Positions 29,408-38,251 of a stretch of 64,000 bases of DNA are shown here, in pieces. A model generated the notes under the pieces. It had not been told where the DNA came from. It searched no databases and saw only the letters and a program-made list of their open reading frames with translations. This stretch comes from Salinispira sp. (GTDB taxonomy: Bacteria > Spirochaetota > Spirochaetia > DSM-27196 > Salinispiraceae): positions 1,088,001-1,152,000 of the forward strand of contig OZ271918.1 in the NCBI GenBank assembly GCA_965602015.1. Direction: 5' to 3'. Position 1 is the stretch's first letter. Every line of letters begins with the position of its first letter. A program made the position numbers and the translations under genes.

Positions 29408-31312
29408 TTATTTCTGAGCATTGAGGTCAGCCCGTTCAATGAGGCTTCGGTGCCAGTCCAGCAGGTACTGTTCGAGTTCAGGCCGGGAGCCCTTCACATC
29501 GGCCAGAACCCGGAACACCGGTTCGGTTCCCGATCCCCTCATCCAGATGTAGGCCTGTGCGTCTCCGGCGGCATTGCTGAACAGTATTTTGAATCCGCCT
29601 TTTTGCTTGCCGCTGCGGAAATCAGGCCCGAACCCCCGAATTTCCCGGCCACCTTCGGTGTTTATTTCTTCCCAGGAGACAATTCCCCATCGACTGGTCA
29701 GTTCCGGAAGCCGCTGTTCAACTTCGACTACAAAGAGCCGCTCATATGCTGTTTTTAAATTGCCGTGGTCAAGGCTTTTGATGCTCATGAGCGCCCGGTC
29801 TTCATATGCCGAAGTGCTCACATACCGGGGCAGGGAGTCCAGCACGTCGGCGAAGGTAAAATTATCATTGTAGGGGATATTTCTCCGTTCGCACCAAATG
29901 TGGAACAAGCCCTTGCGCATCACGTCGCTTCGAAGGCTCATGAGTTTTACAATCGACCCCAGGGTATTTATGGGGTCCCGCACCGCAGCGGGGTAGGTGA
30001 TGTTTCCGCCGTTTGACCCCTCTCCCATAAGCCGAACCAGATAGCCCCGGTCTCGTAAATCCTCTGCGAGGCCGACAACATTAGCTTCGCCTACTTCCGC
30101 CCGGAAGCAGGAAACTCCAAAGCTTCGGCATATCTCATCGATTCGCATGGATGTGGGTCCGTTGACCGCGACGGCAACCTTTTTTCCATCATGGAGCTGT
30201 CCGGAATATTCCAGCCAGGCGCATTCCGCAAGGGCCACCAATGCGAATACCGTCTGAGCTTCCAGTATTTCCGCCCTAGCCTCGCCTGCCATATAGACCA
30301 GGTTGCCCCGGTCTCCGTCGTTATCGGGCACATATCCGATAATAAAATCAGGGTCGGCGGCGTGCAGGGCCTGCAGTTCGTCCCGGCACATGTTCAGCGA
30401 CCGGCCTTCGGGTACTATCCGGTGGATTATTTTTCGCGGTTGGTTATGGATAAGACGGACCTTTACCCCCAGGGATTCAAGGAATTCCCGGTCTATACTG
30501 AGACTTCGGGCGCTGCCGTTTAACTCACCGAGAATCCCGATTGGGCGCTTTGCGCAGGCCTGCCTGAGTTCCTCAAGCCGCAGGTTCCGCTGCTTTTCCT
30601 CGAAACTGTCCGCCAGGACAATTTCGCTGAAATCCCGGTATGCCGAGAGGCTGGCGGGCTTATAGATTTCCTTTTGCCGAAAGGTTTCAGAGAGGGCGTC
30701 GGGCTCGGCGTTTTGAAGCATGTGGTAAACCGAATCATGGCTTGCGGGAGAGCCGATGTGATGCCGGAAGATAGCGCCGAGTTCTCCCGCCGATTCGGCG
30801 TCGAGGACGCCTCCGGTTTTCATGCCGAATTTGAACCCGTTATGCCCGATCGGGTTGTGAGATGCGGAGATGTAGGCAAATGCATCAAGGCGCTCCTCGC
30901 TTCTGGCATAACTCATGACCTCCGGAGCCGCGGCAATAAACAGGTAATGGATACCGATTCCCCGTGCCATGGCGACCCGTATAAAGGCGTCGGCGAGGAG
31001 GGTGCCGGTGGGACGGGAGTCCATTCCCAATGCGACGGTAATTTCCTGCGGAGCCTTCTCGAGGGCGGGGACCAGGAAGTCCGCCAGGCTGTGGGCAACC
31101 ATGCCGGCAATCATCAGATCCGCGGCTTCCACCTCGGGAGATTGGTTCTCCTCATCTCCTCCGGCGACAAAAACCTTCCGCCAGCCCGAGGCCGAGAGAA
31201 TCATGCTGTCAAAGGCCCGCTGCAGCGCCTTGCTGTCGGGTTTTTCGCCCAACAGGCGGGGAAGGGCGGCGGGATCTCCCATTATCAGATTGGAAACTGA
31301 GTCGCGAATCAT
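29408..31312 (-). CDS. Alpha-D-phosphohexomutase (PGM/PMM) family protein
   Basis: ISASHNP (phospho-Ser), PDNDGDR (metal), GEGSNGG, RGSGTEP. Confidence 0.88.
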   Translation of the reverse strand: MIRDSVSNLIMGDPAALPRLLGEKPDSKALQRAFDSMILSASGWRKVFVAGGDEENQSPEVEAADLMIAGMVAHSLADFLVPALEKAPQEITVALGMDSRPTGTLLADAFIRVAMARGIGIHYLFIAAAPEVMSYARSEERLDAFAYISASHNPIGHNGFKFGMKTGGVLDAESAGELGAIFRHHIGSPASHDSVYHMLQNAEPDALSETFRQKEIYKPASLSAYRDFSEIVLADSFEEKQRNLRLEELRQACAKRPIGILGELNGSARSLSIDREFLESLGVKVRLIHNQPRKIIHRIVPEGRSLNMCRDELQALHAADPDFIIGYVPDNDGDRGNLVYMAGEARAEILEAQTVFALVALAECAWLEYSGQLHDGKKVAVAVNGPTSMRIDEICRSFGVSCFRAEVGEANVVGLAEDLRDRGYLVRLMGEGSNGGNITYPAAVRDPINTLGSIVKLMSLRSDVMRKGLFHIWCERRNIPYNDNFTFADVLDSLPRYVSTSAYEDRALMSIKSLDHGNLKTAYERLFVVEVEQRLPELTSRWGIVSWEEINTEGGREIRGFGPDFRSGKQKGGFKILFSNAAGDAQAYIWMRGSGTEPVFRVLADVKGSRPELEQYLLDWHRSLIERADLNAQK

Positions 31313-31549
31313 GCCATCTCCTAAAGCCAGGTTCTCGTTCGTGATTTACGCAGCGATAGTAGTACCTTTGCCCTGCTCTGTCCAGTTTGACCGTTCCGGG
31401 TTCCTTTACTGCCTCCTGGCTTTTGTGCTGCTGCCCCGAAAACAGCTGATTTGCCCCAAGGCAATTGCATTTGCAATGCACGCCGGGTCAATTTATGATG
31501 AGAACTGTAGCCCCGGGGACAGCTTTCGGGACCATCAGCGGAGGAGCTT

Positions 31550-32809
31550 GTGAAGAAGATTTTAATCATCGACGAGGCGGAACTTATCCGCTCTTTTCTC
31601 TCGAACAAACTGCAGGAATTGGGATTCGAAACCGACAAAGCCCAAAACGGACTCGAGGGATTCATGAAGCTTCGAACATTCGAGCCCGATCTCATAATAA
31701 TGGATTATTACCTGTCGAGAATGAGCGCCTCGGATTTTCTCGACAAGAAGTCCAAGGAACCGAATGCCAAAACAGTACCCGTGCTTCTCGCCTCGGGGAA
31801 GATTTCTCGCCAGGTTATCCTGGAGTTAAGCAAATACGGGGTGCGGAAATTTATCACCAAACCGATAAAAATCGACAGCCTGATAAACGCGGTTTCCGAG
31901 TTGCTGGACATCCGCATTGAACTGGATAATACCCCCTGCATTATCGATGCGAACTACAACGAGGAAGTGCTGTTTATTGAAGTAGCCCGGGGTCTGAATA
32001 ACGAGAAAATAGAACTGCTGAGGTATCGCCTCCGGGAGCTTATCAAACTCTATCATATTGATGTACCGAGAATTCTCTTAATGCTTACGGGCATCGAAAT
32101 CAGCGAAGCCGATTCCTTAAAACTTCGTTCATTGCTCGAAGGAATCCGCAGCGCCACGAATGCCCACGCGAGAAATTTCAAGATTTTGACCACCGGAGAC
32201 GTGGTTAGGGAGTTTATTGAAAGCAGATCCGATCTAAAGGGAATCGAGGTGCTCTCCTCAATGCCCGAGGCAATGGAGCGGCTTCTGGGAGACCGGGCGG
32301 GGGGGTATAGCGACACCGAGGGCAAGGTTCACGAGGATTTCCTGCGGGTGGGAGCAAGCAGAGGAGATGGCGACGACAGCATAAACCTCAGATTTCAAAG
32401 CGAAAGCGAAGCTTCCAGCGTTTCCTTCGATGCCATGGCTTCGGGCCTGAAGTTGGCGGTGGTCGACGATGACTTTGTCATTCAGGAGCTGATAAAGCAG
32501 GCCTTTGCAGATAGCGGATTAACCATTGAGTGTTACTCAGACGGTCAGCAATTCGTTAATTCACAACAGCTGGCGGATTTCGATCTTGTTTTTCTCGACC
32601 TTCTTATGCCGGAGATGGACGGTTTCGGGGTTCTTCGTGTTCTGCAGAACCGGGGAGTCAGCCTGCCAATCATCGTCCTCTCGGCGGTGAACAAACGGGA
32701 GGTCGTGGTAGAGGCCCTGCAGATGGGAGTGAAGAGTTACCTGGTTAAGCCGATACAGCCCGGTATGGTGTATAAAAAGGCCCTGGAAATCTTCCAGCTT
32801 AACTTTTAG
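31550..32809 (+). CDS. Response regulator, REC - STAS-like - REC
   Basis: N-terminal REC (IMDYY, FITKP), C-terminal REC (VVDDD, FLDLLMP, YLVKP); GTG start with SD GGAGGAG. Confidence 0.85.
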   Translation: MKKILIIDEAELIRSFLSNKLQELGFETDKAQNGLEGFMKLRTFEPDLIIMDYYLSRMSASDFLDKKSKEPNAKTVPVLLASGKISRQVILELSKYGVRKFITKPIKIDSLINAVSELLDIRIELDNTPCIIDANYNEEVLFIEVARGLNNEKIELLRYRLRELIKLYHIDVPRILLMLTGIEISEADSLKLRSLLEGIRSATNAHARNFKILTTGDVVREFIESRSDLKGIEVLSSMPEAMERLLGDRAGGYSDTEGKVHEDFLRVGASRGDGDDSINLRFQSESEASSVSFDAMASGLKLAVVDDDFVIQELIKQAFADSGLTIECYSDGQQFVNSQQLADFDLVFLDLLMPEMDGFGVLRVLQNRGVSLPIIVLSAVNKREVVVEALQMGVKSYLVKPIQPGMVYKKALEIFQLNF

Positions 32810-32821
32810 GCAGGCATATCG

Positions 32822-35215
32822 ATGGGAGACCGGGTCTTTTCTTCAGCACTGCCTCAGCTAATAAGCGACCGCGACGGGCGGATACTTCTGTGGAATGATG
32901 CATTCTCCGCATTATTCAACAGAACCAGGGAGTCCTACAGCGGTGTGACGCTTCTGGAACTCATAGTTCCCCGAAATACCAAAAACCTGACCGAGGGAAT
33001 ACGGCAGGTACTCGCCGGATCTCAAGCCGTCAGTCTTGCTCCCTGCCGCATCAGCGTACCGGGGGAAACCGCCAAGCGCTGGTGGTTTCTCTCCAGCGCC
33101 GCCCTTTCGGAAAACGACGTTCACCATCAATTCATACCCGCCGATGAGCAGATTTGGGAAACCGAAACCCTTGAACAGGCAAAGAACGCCGCCGAAGAAT
33201 CCACAAAGGCAAAGAGTCTGTTCCTGGCGAATATGAGCCACGAAATCAGAACCCCCATCCACACGGTGAGGGGCATGAGCGAATTGCTGCAGGACACCGA
33301 ACTTGACCAGGAGCAAAGCGAGTATGCTGCTCAAATTCAGTTTTCCGCAGAGGCTTTACTGGGCCTGATTAACGACATTCTCGATTTTTCCAAGATTGAA
33401 GCCGGAAAGCTCGAGATCGAAAATATTGAATATGACATCCGGGAGCTCATGGGCGGCGTCCTGGATATGCTCAGTCTCGAGCTGTACAAGCGCGGGCTGT
33501 CAATTTTTCTGGATTTTGATGATTCCATGCCCGGGCTCATCGTCGGAGACCCGACCCGGATACGCCAGATCCTGGTAAATCTATTGAGCAATGCCATGAA
33601 GTTTACCCACCAGGGTCATATTACCGTGAGGCTGGTGGTTCGGGAGCGATCTTCCGACACGGTGCGTTTCAGGGTTGAGGTGCGGGATACGGGAATCGGG
33701 ATTCCCGAGGAGAAGCAGCCGGCGCTTTTTTCAGCCTTCCAGCAGGTTGATTCCACCACCACAAGGAAATACGGCGGAACCGGACTCGGTTTGAGCATTT
33801 CCCGCTCTCTGGTCCACCTGATGGGGGGACGCATCGGCTTCAAAAGCGAAGAGGGTAAGGGCACCACGTTTTTCTTTACCCTGGAATCCCCGGTGGTCGG
33901 CGGGCGCAGCGGATCGGATATAAAACGGGAGCTGAAGATCCTTACCGACCGTTCGCTGCTCATCGTTCATCCTTACGCCCATGCGAGGAAAATGTTGGCC
34001 GGTATTTTTTCGCCCTTCGCCAAGCGCCTCTTGTTTGCGGATTCCGGGGCTCAGGGCCTCGAGCAGCTCATTGCGCTGTCCGCCCCGGGCGAGGCCGCGC
34101 CTGTTGTGCTTGTGGATTTGCGGCTGGGAGATATGGACGGATGGCAGTTTGCCAGCGAGGTTAAAACCAGCGAGGCAATCCGCAACAGCAGGCTTTTTCT
34201 CATGCGGCCGCCGGGTACCATGCAGGCGGACGCGAAAATGAAGCTGCTCAACTGGTTTGACGAGTATATTACCAAGCCGGTGAAACTGCCGCAGCTGGTG
34301 GAGCTCATGGTGAGGGGCTTGAGCAGCGAGTTAACGAACAAGGCCTCCAGCGATGACATTGAGGAACTTGAGGAGCTGGAAGAGCCAGAAGGCGACGGGG
34401 CGCTGAGCATCCTGTTGGCCGAGGACCATTTTGTCAATCAGCAGCTGTTCCGCACAATTCTCTACAAGCTGGGGCATCGGGTTCAGGTGGCGGATAACGG
34501 CCGGGTTGTCCTTGAAAAATATGCCAACGGCAGCTACGACATAATATTCATGGACATGATGATGCCGGAAATGGACGGATACGAGGCCACGGCTCATTTG
34601 AGAGCCGCGGGGGCCGACGAACCCATCATCGCCGTGACCGCCAATGCCCTGGAAGGCGAACGCCAGAAGTGCCTTGCGGCAGGAATGGATGACTACATGT
34701 CAAAGCCCTTCAGCCGGGACGATCTTGTCCGCCAGATAGAGCGCTGGCGCAACCGCCGGCACAGCGGGCAGCAGGTCCAGGTTCCCAAGAGCCGCCTGCA
34801 ATCCCCGGGTAAAGATATCAGCTCGGAAGGGCTTTCTGCAGGCTCAGACTCCTTGAATGACAAACCCGAGAATCTTCAGATAATTGATTATACCCGCGCA
34901 GTGAACACATTTATGGGCAAAGAGCATGTGCTGCAGAATGTACTCGCCGAGTTCATCGTTCGCACTGAAAAACAGCTCGAGGTCATAAAGGCCCACATAA
35001 AAAGCGGAGAATTCAAAGACGCGAGAATTATAAGCCACGGCATAAAGGGCAGCAGCCGCAACCTGAGTATGACCCGCTTGGGGGATGTTGCGGCCCTTTT
35101 AGAGGATGCCAATGAAGCCGAAGATGGTTCCGCTTCTACAGCCCTCATGCCAAAGCTCCTGAATGAATTCAAGGCCCTCCGGAAATACCTCACAGGGCGC
35201 ATTCCCGGAGTGTAA
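32822..35215 (+). CDS. Cytoplasmic hybrid sensor histidine kinase (PAS-HisKA-HATPase-REC-REC-Hpt)
   Basis: FLANMSHEIRTP, NAMKFT, DTGIGI, GGTGLGL, FMDMMMP, Hpt SHGIKGSS; no TM segment evident. Confidence 0.93.
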   Translation: MGDRVFSSALPQLISDRDGRILLWNDAFSALFNRTRESYSGVTLLELIVPRNTKNLTEGIRQVLAGSQAVSLAPCRISVPGETAKRWWFLSSAALSENDVHHQFIPADEQIWETETLEQAKNAAEESTKAKSLFLANMSHEIRTPIHTVRGMSELLQDTELDQEQSEYAAQIQFSAEALLGLINDILDFSKIEAGKLEIENIEYDIRELMGGVLDMLSLELYKRGLSIFLDFDDSMPGLIVGDPTRIRQILVNLLSNAMKFTHQGHITVRLVVRERSSDTVRFRVEVRDTGIGIPEEKQPALFSAFQQVDSTTTRKYGGTGLGLSISRSLVHLMGGRIGFKSEEGKGTTFFFTLESPVVGGRSGSDIKRELKILTDRSLLIVHPYAHARKMLAGIFSPFAKRLLFADSGAQGLEQLIALSAPGEAAPVVLVDLRLGDMDGWQFASEVKTSEAIRNSRLFLMRPPGTMQADAKMKLLNWFDEYITKPVKLPQLVELMVRGLSSELTNKASSDDIEELEELEEPEGDGALSILLAEDHFVNQQLFRTILYKLGHRVQVADNGRVVLEKYANGSYDIIFMDMMMPEMDGYEATAHLRAAGADEPIIAVTANALEGERQKCLAAGMDDYMSKPFSRDDLVRQIERWRNRRHSGQQVQVPKSRLQSPGKDISSEGLSAGSDSLNDKPENLQIIDYTRAVNTFMGKEHVLQNVLAEFIVRTEKQLEVIKAHIKSGEFKDARIISHGIKGSSRNLSMTRLGDVAALLEDANEAEDGSASTALMPKLLNEFKALRKYLTGRIPGV

Positions 35216-35236
35216 GCGCTCAAGTTGTGCGGTCGA

Positions 35237-35292
35237 TTTCAGGCGGGCAATCACAGGCGGGCAACCAGAGGCGGCATACCACAGGCGGCCAC
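35237..35292. repeat. Four degenerate 14-bp tandem repeats between convergent genes
   Basis: tttcaggcgggcaa / tcacaggcgggcaa / ccagaggcggcata / ccacaggcggccac. Confidence 0.6.
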
Positions 35293-35301
35293 TGCATACC
35301 C

Positions 35302-36528
35302 TTATGTCGCGAAGGCTCGCTCTATTCTGCCGAGGGCTTCGACAACCTTCTCCCTGTGGTTAAAACTCGAGATTCTAATATAGCCCTCACCGCATTTGCC
35401 GAATCCTGCCCCCGGTGTGGTAACCACTGCGGCATTGCGAAGGAGCTTATCGAATAAATCCCAGCTCGAGCCGCCGGCCTTTACCCATACGTAGGGGCTG
35501 TTAAGGCCTCCCCACACGGCGAAACCAAGGTCCTGAAGTTTTTCCCTGATAAGTAATGCGTTTTGTAAGTAGTAGTCAGTCTCCCTGCGGACTTCGCTCT
35601 GGCCCTCCGGACTGTACACCGCGTGGGCGGCGGTCTGGACCGGATAACTCACGCCGTTAAACTTGGTGCTTTGGCGCCTCAGCCACAAATCCTTGAGGCT
35701 GTGAGCGCTCCCCTCGGCGTCATACACCGAGCATTCAGAGGGGATGACCGTGTAGGCGCAGCGGGTGCCCGTAAAGCCCGCCGTTTTAGAAAAGCTTCGG
35801 AACTCCACCGCGACCTCTCTCGCGCCGGGTATTTCAAATATGGAGCGGGGAAGAGACGGATCGCGGATAAACTCGACGTAGGCCGCATCAAAGAGGATCA
35901 GGCTCTTCTCCCGGCGGGCGTAATCTACCCATTGGGTCAGCTGCTCCCGGCTTGCGGTGGTTCCCGTCGGATTATTGGGAAAGCAGAGGTATATCAGGTC
36001 GAGATGTTTTTCCGGAGGCAGGGGAACAAAGCCGTTTTCCTCGCTGCCCTCCAGGTAGTGCAGTCCCTGGTATCGTCCGTCATCCCATTTTCCCGTGCGG
36101 CCGGCCATGACATTCGTGTCGACGTAGACCGGATACACAGGATCGGGCACCCCGATTTCCAGATCCGACGCGAAGAGTTCCTGAATGTTCCCCGTGTCGC
36201 ATTTGGCTCCGTCGGAAACAAAAATTTCATCGGCCTGAATATCCGCACCCTTCTCCCGGAAATCAATGGTGGCGATGGCTTCCCTCAAAAATTCGTAGCC
36301 CTGTTCTGGACCGTAACCCTTGAATGCCGATTCATTGGCCTGCCGGTCAACTCCGGTCTGAAACCCGCGGATTACCGAGGGACTCAATGGGCGGGTTACA
36401 TCACCGATTCCCAGCTTGATAATATCGGCCTCGGGGTTCTCATTCTGAAAATCCCTGACCTTTGCTGATATTGTGGAAAACAAGTACGAGGACTGCAGTT
36501 TTTTATAGTGTTCGTTCATTCGTATCAT
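35302..36528 (-). CDS. dapL: LL-diaminopimelate aminotransferase
   Basis: SYLFS, LGIGDVT, GYGPEQG, SDGAKCD, PNNPTG, SFSKTAGFTGTRC; ATG at 36528. Confidence 0.95.
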   Translation of the reverse strand: MIRMNEHYKKLQSSYLFSTISAKVRDFQNENPEADIIKLGIGDVTRPLSPSVIRGFQTGVDRQANESAFKGYGPEQGYEFLREAIATIDFREKGADIQADEIFVSDGAKCDTGNIQELFASDLEIGVPDPVYPVYVDTNVMAGRTGKWDDGRYQGLHYLEGSEENGFVPLPPEKHLDLIYLCFPNNPTGTTASREQLTQWVDYARREKSLILFDAAYVEFIRDPSLPRSIFEIPGAREVAVEFRSFSKTAGFTGTRCAYTVIPSECSVYDAEGSAHSLKDLWLRRQSTKFNGVSYPVQTAAHAVYSPEGQSEVRRETDYYLQNALLIREKLQDLGFAVWGGLNSPYVWVKAGGSSWDLFDKLLRNAAVVTTPGAGFGKCGEGYIRISSFNHREKVVEALGRIERAFAT

Positions 36529-36612
36529 GGGCGAAAAGATAATATAGTTCGGGCATTTTGCATACCGGATAGGGATCTTGCGACTTCGCGCACAGGCCGG
36601 TACAATTTTGCC

Positions 36613-37086
36613 GTGCTTTTTTGTGATGATATCTACCGTGAAGCCGTGAGGCAGACCGCTAAAAAATCCTGGGCGGATTACTGGGAATTTTGCCTGAGAA
36701 TTTGCGAGACCGCGGTTGTCCGTGACTCCTGGGCCCTGGCGGGATTTTTTTTTCGGGTGAAGGATGAATATGTTCTCGGGCCCCATTGGCTGGCCGACCC
36801 CTACGACAGGGCGCCGTTTATTCGAAAAAGCGCTTCCCAGCCACCCTGGAATCTTGACCTTCCCGGAATGGAGAAAGGGGCCTCAGCCGGCACAATTATC
36901 GACGGTGCCATACGGGTACCCGCCGACCTCAACGGAAGCGTCTTTGAATGGATACTAAAGCTCGATAGCCGCCTGGCGTTCTACGGCCATGGACCGCCGG
37001 ATGCCCTAAGTGGAGGGGAGAAATCCTGCTGGACGGCTTTGGAGCGCTTTATTCCCTTCGCCCGCCCCGATCTTTCCCGCGAATAA
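36613..37086 (+). CDS. Hypothetical protein
   Basis: ORF fills the gap between dapL and dinB; TTGCGA-N17-TACAAT lies 6 nt before an in-frame GTG. Confidence 0.55.
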   Translation: MLFCDDIYREAVRQTAKKSWADYWEFCLRICETAVVRDSWALAGFFFRVKDEYVLGPHWLADPYDRAPFIRKSASQPPWNLDLPGMEKGASAGTIIDGAIRVPADLNGSVFEWILKLDSRLAFYGHGPPDALSGGEKSCWTALERFIPFARPDLSRE

Positions 37087-38251
37087 GCCGACGGGCTTTT
37101 GCAATCGGAAGGTCCTCATACTTCTTTTTTAATTCGAGTACTGCCTCTTCGACCTTGCTCCGTTTTTCTTCTGCGTCCTCAAAGAGTTCGGTCTGTTGAT
37201 AGCTGGAGCGCTTTTCGACGTTGCTCAGGCCCAGGCCGATGAGCCTCAACGGCGACCGGCCGTCCCACTTTGAATTCAGGAGGGCGAGTGCAAGGTCGAA
37301 GCATTCCTCCACGCTCCTTATAGGATGGGAAAGGCTTTTCTGTACCGTAGAGGTGCTAAAATCTCCCAATCTGAGCTTGAGCACCAGGGTCCGGCTCTGG
37401 GCATCTTCCCGGTGAAGCCGGAAAACGATTCCGTGGGCGAGAAAAAACAACGTGTCTTCGATTGCCTGCCGGTCCTTGCAATCCCGGCTGAAGGTGTGCT
37501 CATTACTAATCGAATGGCTTTTGGTATCGCCGTCGTAGATTCCCGGATCGATGCCCCGGCACACCTGGAAGAGATACTCTCCCCCCGCCTGTCCGAATAA
37601 GGTTTTGAGGGTGGCCTGGGGAATGCTCAGCAGCTGATCAATGCTTTGAATATTCAGTTCATCAAGGCGCTGCTGGCTTTTTTTACCCACGCCCCACAGG
37701 TCGCGTATTTCCAGCTTGCGGATAAACGCCTCTTCCTCTCCCGGCGCCACAATGGTCAATCCGTCCGGTTTCTGGAACGCCGACGCCATTTTGGCGACTA
37801 AACGATTGGTCGCTGCGCCGACGGTAATGGTAAGGCCGGTCTTTTCACGTATTCTGTCCTTGAGCAGTTGAGCCGCTTCGGCGGGGGGGCCGAATATTCC
37901 TTCGGTGCCCGTCATCTCGATAAACGCCTCATCGATGGACACCTGGATAATCCTTGGACTGAAATCATAGAACTCTTCCATGATTTTTTCCGACTCCCTG
38001 GAGTAATGCTCCATCCGGGGATGAATGTATATTCCTTCCGGGCAGAGCCGATGGGCCTGACTCACAGGCATTGCAGAATGAACCCCGAAACGACGGGCCT
38101 CGTAAGAACAGGTTGCCACAACTCCCCGTTCTCCGGGCTTGGCGCCGATGATTACCGGTTTTCCCCGGTATTCCGGATTATCCCGCTGTTCCACTGCGGC
38201 GTAGAACGCGTCCATATCCACATGAAACCACAGAGGACTGTGGCGCCTCAT
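37049..38251 (-). CDS. dinB: DNA polymerase IV
   Basis: HVDMDAFYA, CSYEARRFGVHSAMP, SIDEAF, KPDG, LWGVG, RLIGL. Confidence 0.96.
   Translation of the reverse strand: MRRHSPLWFHVDMDAFYAAVEQRDNPEYRGKPVIIGAKPGERGVVATCSYEARRFGVHSAMPVSQAHRLCPEGIYIHPRMEHYSRESEKIMEEFYDFSPRIIQVSIDEAFIEMTGTEGIFGPPAEAAQLLKDRIREKTGLTITVGAATNRLVAKMASAFQKPDGLTIVAPGEEEAFIRKLEIRDLWGVGKKSQQRLDELNIQSIDQLLSIPQATLKTLFGQAGGEYLFQVCRGIDPGIYDGDTKSHSISNEHTFSRDCKDRQAIEDTLFFLAHGIVFRLHREDAQSRTLVLKLRLGDFSTSTVQKSLSHPIRSVEECFDLALALLNSKWDGRSPLRLIGLGLSNVEKRSSYQQTELFEDAEEKRSKVEEAVLELKKKYEDLPIAKARRLIRGKDRGGRRE

Noticed and set aside
35237..35292. Possible mini-CRISPR array
   Set aside because: Units are 14 bp, contiguous and without spacers; no cas genes in the window.
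36529..36786. N-terminal extension of dapL in the ORF track (similar extensions on livM, the DNA MTase, the dienelactone hydrolase and the propeller gene)
   Set aside because: Family similarity begins at downstream starts that have SD or -10 support.
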